A DNA stretch of 64,000 nucleotides from NCBI RefSeq assembly GCF_009914755.1, contig NC_060938.1; one strand, 5' to 3'. This stretch comes from the human T2T-CHM13v2.0 reference genome, Homo sapiens. The notes under the pieces are model-generated. The model was not told the origin of the DNA. It made no database searches and saw only the letters and a list, made by a program, of their open reading frames with translations. A program made the translations under genes and the position numbers. Below, piece by piece: positions 42,665-61,400 of the stretch; the first letter of the stretch is position 1, and each line of letters begins with the position of its first letter.

Positions 42665-44342
42665 CTACAGGAAATTTGCAAATTCTTTTAATGGAGTATA
42701 ACATCTAATATCACTTATAAATGTAAATATAAAATATCCCAAATAAAATATTATTGTATAGACCCTAACATCACATTAAGAATATAACACACTATGACCA
42801 AGGGAATTTATACCAGAATTGCAAGGATAATTCAATTTTAGGAAATCTATTAATGTTGTCCACCGTTATAATAGATCTATGGAGAAAAAAATCATATGAT
42901 TACCTTTATACATGCTGAAACCATCTTTGAAAAAAATTAACACGAATTCCAAATCAAAACTCTCAAGAAAACAGGACTGGATGAATACTTTCTTAACATG
43001 TCATATACCTTAATCCTAAAGCCAAATCTTACTTAATGGAGAAACACTAGAAAGTTTTTCACCTTGTACCAACAAGGCTCTTTTTTTCTGGAACTAAATA
43101 AGTTGATACTAAAATTCATATGGAGAAGCAAACATGCAAGAAAACCAGGAAAAAGAAAAGGTCATCAGAGAGGATTAGCCTCTATAATTTAACAGATTAA
43201 TAAAATAGGATACTCAATTACATACAGAAATTTATTATATAATAAGGGTGGCTTATTAAATTACTATGTCAAAGATGAATTTTTGAATAAATGCTGTTGG
43301 TACCAATGGGTAGCCATTTGAAAAAAGACAAAATTAGATTCATTCCTCATACCAAACAAAAGAACAAACTCCTAATGAATCAGAGATTGAAATATAAAAC
43401 AATACACTACACTAAAAGTATTAAAATAAAATATAGACAAATTCCTCCAAATCTGAGTGTGGGAAAAGGCCTTCTAACCATAACTCAAAATCCAAGTGCA
43501 ATAAAATAAAACATAAAAAATTTTGACTACATAAAAAACTATTGCATGACAAAATTTAAGTCACAAGACGAATGACTAACTGGGAAAAAAATTTAAATTT
43601 TGCTATACACACACATACACATATATATGTGATATATGTCTGTACATATATATCTTTAAAGGGCTAATAGACAACTTTTAAAATTAAGGGAAAATATAAA
43701 TAATTCTATAGAAAAATGGGCAAAAGAAATGAACAGATAAGTCATAAAGAAAATGGTGCAAAAATGGCCTTTAAACAAATGAAACTATGTTCGAAATCAT
43801 GCAAAATAAAAGAAATAAAAAGTAAAATTACACTAAGATACAATTTTTCTCCAATTAGATTGTCAAAAATTCAAAAGCTTAACTAGATACTCTATTGCCA
43901 AGACTGTGAGGAAACAGGCATTGGTAGTAAAGGAAAACAGTGTCCCACCTATGGGAGAAAAATTTTGCAATATCAAACAAAACTACATATGTATTGACCC
44001 TTAGATCCAGCAATTCCACTCACTGAATTTTTACTCTAAAGATTCAACTCTAGCAACATGAAAGTACATCTCTAAAAGGTTATTCATTGTAGCATCGTTC
44101 ACAGTTACAAAATACCAGAATACTATCTAAAGGACCAAAGTAAAGGATATTAGTTGAATAAACTACAGTAGTACATTCACTATGCAACTATTTAAAAAAT
44201 GATGTGAAAGATATCTATATAGTGATATGGAGATATTCCAGAATAATTTTTAGTAAAAAAATATTGAAGTTTAAAAACGTAAAAAGTTTCAACTGTAAAA
44301 AATTTAAAGTATGTTTCTTTTTGTATGAGAAAATGCGGGGAA

Positions 44343-44660
44343 GGGCCAGGTGCAGTGGCTTACACCTATAATCCCAGAGCTTTAGGAGGCCAGGGCAGGA
44401 AGATTGCTGAGGTCAAGAGTTCTAGACCAGCCTGGGCAGCATACCAAGACCCCTGTCTCTACAAAAATTATTTTTAAAGTTAGCCTGGTGCAATGGCATG
44501 TGCCTGTAGTCCTAGCTACTCTGGAGGCTGAGGGAGGAGGATTGCCTGAGCCTAGGAATTCGAGGCTTCATGGAGCTCTGATCACTCCACTGCACTCTAG
44601 CCTAAGGGACAGAGCAAGAACCTGTCTCACAAAAGAAAAAAAAGAAACAAAGAAAAGTAA
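44343..44660 (+). mobile_element. AluJ
   Basis: Full dimer. Confidence 0.9.
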
Positions 44661-44783
44661 AGAAAATAAGGGAAAAGAAAATACATACACATATCTCCTT
44701 ACTTTTGCAAAAAGAAACATAGAAATGATAAAAACAAAACAAAAAATGAAATTAATACCTACAAAGACAGGGTAATGAGGGTG

Positions 44784-47084
44784 TGTATTAGTCTGTTTTC
44801 ATGCTGCTGATAAACACATACCTGAGACTGGGTAATTTATAAAGAAAAAGAGTTTTAATGGACTCACAGTTCCACATGGCTAGGGAGGCCTCACAATCAT
44901 GGTGGAAGGTGAAAGGCATGTCTTATATGGTGGCAGACAAGAGAGAATGAGAACCAAGTGAAAGGGGAAACCCCTTATAAAACCATTAGATCTCGTGAGA
45001 CTTATTCACTACCACGAGAACAGTATGAGAGAAACCGTCCCCATGATTCCATTATCTCCCACTGGGTCCCTCCCATGACACATGGGAATTATGCAAGCTA
45101 CAACGCAAGATGAGATTTGGGTGGGGACACAGCAAAACCATATCATTCAGCCCCTGGCCCCTCCCAAATCTCATGTCTTCACATTTCAAAACCAATCATG
45201 CCTTCCCAATAGTCCCCCAAAGTCTTAACTCATTTCAGCATTAACTCAAAAGTCCACAGTCCAAAGTCTCATCTGAGACAAGGCAAGTCCCTTCTGCCTA
45301 TGAGCCTGTAAAATCAAAAGCAAGTTAGTTACTTCCTAGATACAATGGGGGTACAGGCATTGAGTAAACAGACCCATTCCACATGGGAAAAATTGGCCAA
45401 AATGAAGGAGGTAAAGGCCCCATGCAAATCCGAAATCCAGCAGGGCATTCAAATCGTAAAGCTCCAAATGGTCTCTTTTGACTCCACGTCTTACATCTAG
45501 GTCATACTGATGCAAGAGGTGGGTTCCCATGGTCTTGGGCAGCTCCACCCCTATGGCTTTGCAGGGTACCGCCTCTCCCTCCCAGCTGCTTGCACAAGCT
45601 GGCATTGAATGTCTGCGGCTTTTCCAGGTGCATGGTGCAAGCTGTCAGTGGATCTACCATTCCGGGGTCTGGAGGATGGTGGCTCCCTTCTCACAGCTCC
45701 ACTAGGCAGTGCCCCAGTGGGGATTCTGTGTGGGGGCTTCAACCCTACATTTCCCTTCTGCACTGCCCTAGCAGAGGATCTCAGGGCAGTGCAGAAGGGA
45801 AGGCCCCGCCCCTGCAGTAAACGTCTACCTGGGCATCCCACTGTTTCCATACATTCTCTGAAATCTAGGTGGAAGTTCCTAAACCTCAATTCTTGACTTC
45901 TGTGTACCTGCAGGCTCACCACCACATGGAAGCTGCCAAGGCTTGGGGCTTGTGCCATCTGAAGCCATGGCCCAAGCTGTACCTTGGTCCCTTTTAGCTG
46001 TGGCTAGAGTGGCTGGGACACAGGGCACCAAGTCCCTAGCCTGCACACAGCAGATGGGCCCATGAAACCATTTATTCCTCCTAGGCCTTCAGGCCTGTGA
46101 TGGGAGGGGCTGCTGCAAAGGTCTCTGATATGTCCTGGAGGCATTTTCCCCATACTCTTGGCAATTAACATTTGGCTCCTCATTATTACACAAATTTCTT
46201 GCAGCTGGCTTGAATTTATCCTCAGAAAATGGGTTTTTCTTTTCTAGCTCATCATCAGGCTGCAAAATTTCCAAACTTTTATGCTCTGTTTCCCTTTTGA
46301 AACTGAATGCTTTTACAGTACCCAAGTCACCTCTTGAATGCTTTGTTGCTTAGAAATTTCTTCCACCAGATACCCTAAATCATCTCCCTGAAGTTCAAAG
46401 TTTCACAGATCTCTAGGGCAGGAGGAAAATGCCACCAGTCTCTTTGCTAAAACATTACAAGGGTAACCTATACTCCAATTTCCAACAAGTTCCTCATCTC
46501 CATCTGAGACCACCTCAGCCTGGATTTCATTGTTCATATCATTATCAGCATTTTGGTCAAAGCCATTCAACAAGTCTCTAGGAAGTTCCAAACTTTGCCA
46601 CATTTTCCTGTCTTCTTTTGAGCCCTCCAAACTGTTCCTACCTCTGCCCGTTACCCAGTTCCAAAGTCGCTTCCTCATTTTGGGGTATCTTTACAGCAGC
46701 ATTCCACTCTTGGTACCAATTTACTGTATTAACCTGTTTTCACACTGCTGATAAAGACATACATTAGACTGGGCAATTTATAAAGAAAAAGAGGTTTAAT
46801 GGACTCACAGTTCCACATGGCTGGGGAGGCCTCACAATCATGGCAGAAGGTGAAAGGCATGTCTTACATGGTGGCAGACAAGAGAGAATGAAAGCCAAGC
46901 AAAAGGATTTCCCCTTATAAAACTGTAAGATCTCATGAGACTTATTCACTACCACAAGAAAAGTGTTGGGGAACCACCCCCATGATTCCATTATCTCCCA
47001 CTGGGTCCCTCCCACAACATGAGGCAATTATGGGAGCTACAATTCAAGATGAGATTTTGGTGGGGATACAGCCAAACCATATCG
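44784..47084 (-). mobile_element. Complete THE1 MaLR (LTR 44784-45144, internal, LTR 46725-47084)
   Basis: Two ~360-bp direct LTRs tgtatta...ccatatc flank a ~1.6-kb THE1 internal region. Confidence 0.95.
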
Positions 47085-47168
47085 GGGGTAACATTGGAAA
47101 CTACAGAGGAAGAAAGAGACATATCTTAAAATAATTTCTTATATAGTTTGACTCTTGAAAACACGTCA

Positions 47169-47519
<351 letters not shown>

Positions 47520-48042
47520 TTAACATAAATAAATACAAAAAATATATTAAATTGAATCAATAAGAACAAGAAAATCAATAAGGAGTGTGGTAAAGCATAA
47601 AATTGAACACAAAACAAATGTCTCCTACTGCATTTCAAATAAATAACAACCATATTTAAGGGCAGAAAGCACTAATCCAAGAAACTTTCCAACACAGTAC
47701 TTCAACAACTATATGCCATAAGTCTAGATAAAAGAAAGAACCCCCCCAACAAATCTTAAACTCTTGTTTTTCTGTGGTATGGCTGCAGAATGCACTGTAG
47801 AATTGAGCCAATGAACAAATGTGTTAAGGTTCTTAATGTGAAAGAAGAAGGAAACAAATACGGAAGAAGAAAGGCAAAGAAGAACCCTACAGAGTTAGGT
47901 TGGAATTGGAAGCATTGATATGATCTCATGATTTCTAAGAAAAAAAATAGGTTTTTGCCCCCAGAACTATTTTGTAAAAGGGCCTAGAAGAAATGACATC
48001 TCAGAAACAGTAAGCAAAACTAGCACCCAGGTCACGGTTTCT

Positions 48043-48070
48043 TTTTCTCTCTCTCTCTCTCTCTGTGTGT

Positions 48071-48107
<37 letters not shown>

Positions 48108-48229
48108 ACAATAGAGATGGGGGTTTCACCTTTTAGGCCAGGCTGGTCTCGAACTCCTGAGCTCAAGTGATCCACCCGCCTTGGCCTCCCAAATTGCTGG
48201 GATTACAGGCATGAGCCACCGTGCCCAGT
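48043..48229 (-). mobile_element. Alu left monomer with (CT)n(GT)n tail
   Basis: TSD cccaggt(c/t)a(c/t)ggtttct on both sides. Confidence 0.9.
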
Positions 48230-48691
48230 CCCAGGTTATGGTTTCTAAACATCATTCCTCACTAAAAGGAACAAGGGTTCTTTCAAGAAAAGGCATATTC
48301 CAGGAGTAGGGGAGAAAAGGGACAAGATTAGCCTGAAACATCTTTTGTATCAGAAAATAAATATGTACCGAAAAGAAAGAAAGAAGAAGGCATTTTGAAA
48401 GAACACAAGAATCAGTTTGATGGGGCAAATCTAAGGCAATTTGATCATCAAAATAGTGGAATTAATGGATTATAGCCCACTGAAAAAATAGGAATCCATG
48501 AGTCCATACTAATCATAAATAAATGCATACCTACATAAGTAAATTAAGATTGGGTTGGGCTCTTTCCTAAAGTAGAGTGATGATAGCAAATGCGAAGGTA
48601 GGGCCAGCTCTGCTGGGCCCATGCTCAGAAAGACCTCAGGCTTGGTTTAATGTTCTTCTATTGCCATCTCAAAATTTTTCATAATTTTATC

Positions 48692-49020
<329 letters not shown>

Positions 49021-49023
49021 TAA

Positions 49024-49773
49024 GCCTTTTTCCATTTGCCCCAATAATACTGGCTGGTGACACTTGCAGCTGTAGTGTTTACCCTGAGATAACTTTGCCA
49101 TGAAATATGTCAATTTTATTATTATTTTTGCATTGCTCTACTATATTGACTTTGGAAACAAAAGACATCGTTCTATTTATAGCATTCTGTTTTTAGTAGT
49201 GATGTTTCCATTTACAAACATAGTAATTCTCGATTGCTGAAAATGTCACATTATAGAAAACATAGCACTCCTACACGTTGATGTTAACATTGTTCTCAAA
49301 CAGTTGTTGGCCAAAGATTCATTTGATGAATCTGATTTTTCTGAAATAGATGATTCTGATGATTCAGACCAGAAGTGTCCAATCTTTTGGCTTTCCTGGG
49401 CCACATAGGAAGAAGAATTGTCTTGGGCCACACATAAAATACACTAACACTAACAATAGTTGATGAGCTTAAAAAAATTGCAAAAAAATCTCATAATGTT
49501 TTAAGAAAGTTTATGAATATATGTTGGCCACATTCAAAGCCATCCTGGGCCACATGCAGCCCATCAGCCACATGCAGCCCATGGGCCACAAGTTGGATGA
49601 GCTTGATTCAGATGATTCTAATGTTAGTTCTGTTTAGAAATAAGAACAATTTTATATTTTATTTTCACATTGAAAATCTGTCAGATTTGCTTCAGCCTCA
49701 AAGAGCGTGTTTATGTAAAACTAAATGAGCACCGGCAGTAAGTTGCACTTGTTTTTTCTAAACGAGAAAAGGT
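49024..49773 (+). mobile_element. MER75 (piggyBac-derived MITE)
   Basis: TTAA on both sides; TIRs cctttttccattt / aaacgagaaaagg; body matches recalled MER75. Confidence 0.92.
49370..49605 (+). mobile_element. MER30 (hAT) inside MER75
   Basis: gtgtccaatcttttggctttcctgggccaca...; 8-bp TSD attcaga(c/t). Confidence 0.93.
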
Positions 49774-50301
49774 TTAAATAAAGTCCTAAGGGACAATGAA
49801 GCATGTGTCTAAGCAGATGAGGTTTATGCACCATATGTGTCTGTAGTTCCTTGCCACTCCATATGCATATAGCATTCCCAGTGTCCCAAGAACACAGAAT
49901 TCCAGGGGAACCACAGTACATGGGAGTTCAGCAAAACTCAACACAAGTACAAGCTAAGCATGTCATGTTCACAACTAAGCAGGGCACTGACATCCATGAA
50001 ATGCTACCCTTTCTGTTTCTACTTGAATACTTCAAACATGGAAAGAAGGAAATGGGATTCTAAAAACAAGAACAATCCATACTCCTTTTGCTTTCAGTCT
50101 TTCTTACTCATCAGTGAGCCAAAAGTAAAGTGTCAGTAGAATGTGAGCATATCAAGAAACAAAACAAATAAAAATCCTTGAGTTAGTTGTGTGCAGTGTT
50201 TCCAGCGCTCTGGTGAGAATGAAATATACTATATGCATGTGTGAACTATAAAATACATTTTGTGATTTTAGATGATTCCACAGATGAGTTAAATGCTCCT
50301 A

Positions 50302-50607
<306 letters not shown>

Positions 50608-50710
50608 GCTCTAATATTTGCACTTTAAGCTGGTACAATATAAAGAACAGTAAAATTTATGCTAATAATTAAAATTTTTAATATTTCTTAAGAATGACAT
50701 TAAACAGCAA

Positions 50711-51155
<445 letters not shown>

Positions 51156-51671
51156 TCAAGAAAGAGCCAAGGAAGAAGGGAAAAGTAACTGGAGACATTG
51201 CAGAAAGTCCTGACCAGGTGATCAAAATTAAAATCACCAATTAGAAACAAGCAGATGTGGCCCTGTGAGAAGCACACAGCACACATCAATTGTGTAGCAT
51301 TCCAACTGGAAAAGAACAATGTGAATCTAGTCAAGAGGAAACAACAGACAAACATAACTAAGAATATTTTCTAAAATAACTGACCTGTTTTCCCCAAAAC
51401 TGTCAATGTCACGAAAGACAAAAAAAGGCTGAAGAGTTTTCTGTAAGTTTCCTATAAAACAGACTAAAAAGACTTGGCAACTAAATGCATTATGTTGCCG
51501 AGGGGAAGGAGTGGAAATATGCTATATAAAGGACATTATGGAACAATTAACAAAACTGGAATAAGGAGTGATAGGAAGTACTGTATCAATGCTTCATTGT
51601 GAACTTTCCTGAATTGGATAACTATACTGTGGCTAGATAAGAGGACATCTTTATTCTTAGGAAATACACAT

Positions 51672-52277
51672 TGTAAGGAATATGGATGTGCTTTGGTCAA
51701 GGAATAGGCCGAGATGGATATCCAGGCCTGCATAAGTCAGCGAGTTGGGCGCGCCGGTGCACACCTCCACTTGCTATAAACCTGTTTGTGTAAGTTCATA
51801 CTTGGCTTGGAGCCACTATTGTCTGTAAAAGGTATAACTGCCCCATTGACGCTGTGCATGAGAGACATGGTTCTTGGGCTCTTGGGGCTCAGCTCAACTC
51901 AACGTGGCTTCACATGGTGGGCACGCTGGTGCCCAGGGAGAGAGAGAGAGACAAAGATGTCCATCTTGCAGACAGACAGGAGGGAGACAGGTCACAGCTT
52001 GGCTTGCTCCTGCCCAGAGAGAGAAAGAGTTAAGCTGCTGACCCTGAAGGCAAGGGAGAGCCACCTGTGCAGCTGCAGGCGTTGGGGCACCGGGAGCCTC
52101 AGAGCTGGAGCAGACAGCCGAGATAAAGGTGGACAGTGTGAGAAAGCTGTTGATGAGAGTTGCTGCTGAATAAAATCATCTTTCACCTGCCTACAGCTCC
52201 CTGAGTATTCTTTCTGCTCATCCACCCACACCCCTTGGACTTCAGCATGGGCTGGACCTGGACCCTGGGATCTGACA
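51672..52277 (+). mobile_element. LTR18-family (HERVL18) solo LTR
   Basis: tgtaaggaatatggatgtgctttggtcaaggaataggccgag...tctgaca; 5-bp TSD caca(t/c); aataaa ~52169. Confidence 0.8.
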
Positions 52278-52929
52278 CACACTGATATATAGTATTAAGA
52301 CATAAAATATTAAAAAGCTTAAAAATGGTAAATCTGGATAAAGGTATAGGCTATTTCTCTGTACTATTCTGAAGCTTCGAGATATTTAAAAATGTAATTA
52401 TGCTGAAGTATATTTATCAGATCATATCCTTTCCCCCACTCCTTTCTCCAAACCCCTCCAGCAGTTTCCTTTCACATTTTAAATTGAATACAAAATGCTT
52501 ACCCTGCCCCTTGTGATCTGGCCTCAAAACAAGTACAAGCTAAGATAATTTTATCTCATCCCTACCTTTCTATCCCACCAACCTTCCCGTTGCTCACTGT
52601 GTTCAGCTCCACTCCCCTCCTTGCCATTCTTCATCGCACCAAACAAGTTTGTCTTTGCAGTCGCTGGTTGCTCTCTGTAATGCTTTGCCCCTGATCTTCA
52701 CGAGGCTGATCCCTTTGCCTTATTCAAGCATCGACTCACACGCACTTCCTCAGAATAACCTTTTCTAAGTAATTATAAAGTATCTGGCTCCCAACCCAGC
52801 CACTCTCTCCCCTCTGTTTTATTTTTATTAGGATATTTATCACTACCAAATGGCTCCATTCATTTGTTTATTGTCTGTTTATTTTTTTATTGTCTATTTA
52901 TTTGTTTATTGCCTGCTATTTGTTTATTG

Positions 52930-53140
52930 TACAAGCAATCCTCCCGCCTCAGCCTCCAGAGTAACTGGGATCACAAGTGCGAGCCAACAAGCCTGGCTTC
53001 TTTTTTTAAAAAAAAAAATTTTATAGATGGGGTCTTGCTATGTTGTCCAGGCTGGTCTTGAACTCCTGGCTTCATGTGATCTTCCCACCTCAACTTCTCA
53101 AAGTGTGGAGATTACAGGCGTGAGCCACCATGCTCAGCCC
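52930..53140 (-). mobile_element. Partial AluJ
   Basis: caagcaatcctcccgcctcagcctcc...gtgagccaccatgctcagcc. Confidence 0.85.
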
Positions 53141-54144
53141 ACCCAGCTTCTTAATGTACACTTTCTAACAAAAGCTTTAAAGGAAACTCCTTCTTTAAAA
53201 CAAAAAAAAAGTTAATTGCTTTACTGTATCTTTCTTGTGGGTTTTATGACTTTGTAATAACCTCTGCTGAAATAGAAGAATGTAAGAGTACTTTAGTAGG
53301 CAAATTAAAAATGTTTAATTTCTAGGGACTAAGGTGCTATAACTTTCTTAAGATGACTTCAATAATATTAACAATTCAACAATATTACAACATAATTTTA
53401 AGAACCCCAAATATCAGTGAGGCTAGAACTCAGAAGAAGAAGATATACTGACTTCAAATAAAGGACAAAGTGAGAATCTCAATACTTTGGGACCTAATTA
53501 CTCTTCAGCTAGAGGTAGAACATCTGTCTTCTTCCAAGTTAGCTAGGCTTGCCTTCTTTTTGTTTTGTTTTAGGTTCTGTGTTTGATTAATTTCATGGTC
53601 ACAACTAATATATTTGCAAAAAAATTATAGTGGACATTTGACCTCAATAAGCTCTCTTTAATTTTCTGCAATTCTTATAAAATCTTAAGAAGAAAGCAGT
53701 AATTACACTACACCCCTGTGAATGCTCAGTGAAATAAAAACTAAAAGGTTTGCTAGAGGGAGACTCATGAGAAAAGCAATTTCAACCATGTAATACCAAG
53801 ACATGGGCTACAGATCTCAGTCCTAAAGTTAGTCGGGACTGAGCCATAGGACCTCCTGGTGACATTTCAGAATCACAAATCAGAAATTCAAGAATCATTT
53901 ATCAATGTCATTCCTCAGTTTTCTGGCAGTTCCAGGATTCTAATAAGTTAGTTCAACTGCTTTGGACAAGTTCTTTAATGAATAATCTGAATGAGTCCCT
54001 ACTAAAGATGCTAACAATTGCTGAACATGCAAACAACCCAAGTCCATTAAACAAGTATTTTCCTTTATGTAGTTATATGTATACATAGGCACAAACCTAT
54101 CAAGAATAAGGATTTATGACAGTTGCACTGTCACTGTTTAAACC

Positions 54145-54350
54145 ATAACATTTTTTATTAGGGTTTACCAGGCATCATGTCCTATATTAAAAGCTTTACA
54201 TACTTCCTGTTTAATCCACACAAACTCTGCTAGGTAAGAATTATTTTCCCCTTTTGACAGTCAAGAAACCAGTTCTGAGAGAAAAAATTACTTGCTCAAG
54301 ATCACATGGATAATAAGTTGTGGATCTGGACCCCTTTCCTACCACTTCAG
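54145..54350 (-). mobile_element. MIR
   Basis: ttattttccccttttgacag...acttgctcaagatcaca. Confidence 0.7.
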
Positions 54351-54828
54351 GTTAGCTATTCTTCCCACGTTGAAACAAACCTGAACAAATGTTAAGAAGC
54401 TATCATCCCAGCAGAAAATGGCAAGAAAGTACTGCACACTTTCCCTTCCAGACATACATGGCCCTCAAAGGCCACATTCAGATTGGTAATGGGGAAAGGC
54501 ACCTCCACTGTGATACCCTCCCCCGTAAAGCACCCATGCTCAGCCCTGATCACAGTTTGAACTGTGGCTGTGAGTTTCACAGAAGAGTTCATATCAGAAT
54601 CCCATGAAGATATGTGTATATTTTGAAAGAGTCCTTCAAGAGATTCTGAAACCCTGGGGCTTTGACCCGAATTTAAGAATCACTGACAAAGGAATGTTAG
54701 AAGATTTTAGAGAATTTTTTCCACCTATTTTCTGTAATGCTGCATTTATCTTATAAAGAGGCAGTTAAGTACTGGCTCGTTTGCTGTAACTTCCAACACA
54801 TGAGTCCAAATTGCATTTTTAAATTTAA

Positions 54829-58650
<3,822 letters not shown>

Positions 58651-59434
58651 GCTGATATTTCCAAAAATGCATGGCTTATGCTTAGCATGATTTCCTAGTT
58701 TCAGTGTCAATGCAGTTTTGTCCTAATTACTTCTCTTTGGCCATTTTGTTCCATTACAAGCTTGTTTTTATGCCATCCCCTTTCCATTGAAGAAAAATAT
58801 ATATCACATACCCAAATATGTACACACATGTATACACATGTATATATAATTCTTGATATAATCAAAAGAATATATGTAATGTATATGTAAGTTTTAAGTA
58901 AAATAAGACAAAGAACAACACTCTGTATCCTTGACAATATAAGAAACAGAACACTGCAAAAAATTGTAACTATATACTTGCCCTCCCCTTATGGTGGAAG
59001 GTGCCCTCTTCATATAGGGAGAAGTACACAGAATACACCTGGCAGTGTTTCCTGATTTTAATGCTAGTAAATTTTATTCCCTTTTTTTTTTTACTTATCT
59101 TTAGCCATTTCATTGAAATTTTGTATTAGAGACCTTTGGGTGTTCATTATCAACTGATAGATTCAGTCTGTGTATGTGTTAATGAGAAAGAGTGACTGTA
59201 ATAACCCATTTTCATACTGACGTTGCCTGGATTTGGTATCAAGGTAGCAGTGACCTCATAGAATGAGTTTTCTATCCTCTCAAAGAATTATTACATTTGG
59301 AATAATATGCTCCTTAGAAATTTGGTAGAACTACCTGTAAAACATCCAAGACATAGAGTTTTCTTAGTGGGAAAACATCACTGATAGTTTGATTTTTTTT
59401 AAATAGTCTTAGGACAATTCAGGCTTTCTATTTA

Positions 59435-59680
59435 TTTTTTCTAAATTTTTATTTATTTGTTTTAATTGAGAAATAAAAATTGTATATATTTATCACGTAC
59501 AGCATGCTTTGAAATAGGTACACATTGTGGAATAGCTAAATCGAGCTAATTAATATATATATTACCTCACATACATATCATTGCTTTGTGATGAGAACAC
59601 TTCAAATCTATACTTAGCAATTTTCAAGAATATAATACATTGTTATTAACTATAGTCTGCATGTTTTACAACAGCTCTCC
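59435..59680 (-). mobile_element. L1MA 3' terminal fragment
   Basis: aaattgtatatatttatc...cattgtggaatagctaaatcgagctaattaa. Confidence 0.8.
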
Positions 59681-60049
59681 TTTTTTTTCAAAACAGGTTT
59701 TTCCTAGGATCTATGGAATAGATTAGTTCTGGAAAATTTAAAGCCCATATCTCTTTAAATATTGCCTACAATTTTCTCTCTAGTCTCACTTTTTGGGACT
59801 CGGTTAAATATATATTAGATTTCCTCACATATCTACTTTTTTATGTTTTCCAATTCCTTTTCTGCCTTTCCTGGAGTGATTATGGCTGTATTAAATCTGC
59901 TGTCAAACCCATTCATTGAGTCCTTAAATTTTTAACAATTGTATTTTACATTTTCAGAAATTCCCTTTTATTTCCAAGTCTACCTATTTATTCCTGCTGG
60001 TTTTTTTGTTACTTACTTATCTTTTTGATTGTGTCCATTATTTCTTTAA

Positions 60050-60347
60050 GTTTTTTTTTTTCTTAGAGACAGAGTCTCACTCTGTTGCCCAGACTAGAGT
60101 GCAGTGGTGAGATCATAGCTCGCTGCAATCTCCAACTCCTGGGCTCAAGAGAGCCTCTTGCTTCAGCCTCCCAGGTAGGTAGGGCAACAGGCGTGCCCCA
60201 CCATACCTGGCTACTTTTTTCTTATTTTTTGTAGAGATGGGGCTCTCAATATGTTATCTAGTGTGGTCTCAAATTCCCAGCCTCCAGCGATCCTCTTGCC
60301 TCCATCTCCAAAAGAGATTACAGGCATGATCCACCACACCCTCCCCT
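60050..60347 (-). mobile_element. AluJ
   Basis: Antisense dimer. Confidence 0.9.
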
Positions 60348-60867
60348 TTAAATATTTTTAACATAGCTTCCCTATATTGTGCAACTGACAACTCTAATAA
60401 CTGAAGTCTATGGGGAAGGGTCTAAATCTGTTTTTTTTTTTTCTATTGATCTCACTCAGCTTGGCTTGCATTGCAATGTGCATGGTGAACTTTGATTGTG
60501 AAATGATTGCTTAATCTGCAAACTAAATTGTTGAAGATTTCCCCCAGAGACAATTTGTTTTTTGCTTCTTCTTTTACCAGCAGCAAAAGGCAGTACTACC
60601 CTGGGATGACATCAGCCCCTTGGCACAGTCGAAGCTCACATTGGATGTTCCAAGCTCAGTTTTCTTACCTGGCCACCAATATCTTGGTAGCAGCATGACT
60701 ATTGACATCTACTCTCAGGGAAAGCTCATCTCACACTTTCATTGCCCACGGCTCTGCTGGTTGTTGTATTTGCTGGGAGAGGGTCCTTGGAGATCTTACT
60801 ACCTCTTATGAGACCAGACGTGCCTGAGAGACTGTCCTAAAGAGCCACACTGACAGAAGCAGAAATC

Positions 60868-61400
60868 TGTGGTGGTTTGTTCTGTGTTGACTCGGTCAAA
60901 CTGAAATCATGTTTCCCAAAATCTTCTCCCTTCTATGGCTGTGGGCTTAATTGGCCAAGAGGATCTTGTGTGAGATTTAGAAGACAGAAGTGAAACAATA
61001 GCCATTATGTTCTGAAAGTCTGTCATCAGACACAGTGACAGAAATATGCAAAGGTGCCCAGCAGGCTCCAGCTGGTCTTTGGTCTCCTGTGTTCTAGAAC
61101 AGTTCCTCTGTATAGCTCTTCTTCCCAACCACTGACCTTGTTGGCCAACAGCAGCCCATACCTACAACCAGACACACAGCTGGTGGCCAAACAGCTTCCT
61201 GCAGACCTTCCCAAGGGGTTCCCAATCAACAGATGTGGTTTCTCCTATCCTGGCTGATGACCTCTTCTATCACCTTATTCCCCTACAGGGCCTTCACTTC
61301 CCAGCTCCTTCCCAATTGTGTAAGATCTAATTCCCATACGAATCACTTATCTCATAACACTCATAATCTCTCTTCTCTTCAGACTGAATTCTGACTAATA
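60868..61400 (+). mobile_element. Old ERVL LTR (LTR41/LTR52-like)
   Basis: tgtggtggtttgttctgtg...tgtttcccaaaatc...gactgaattctgactaata. Confidence 0.65.
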
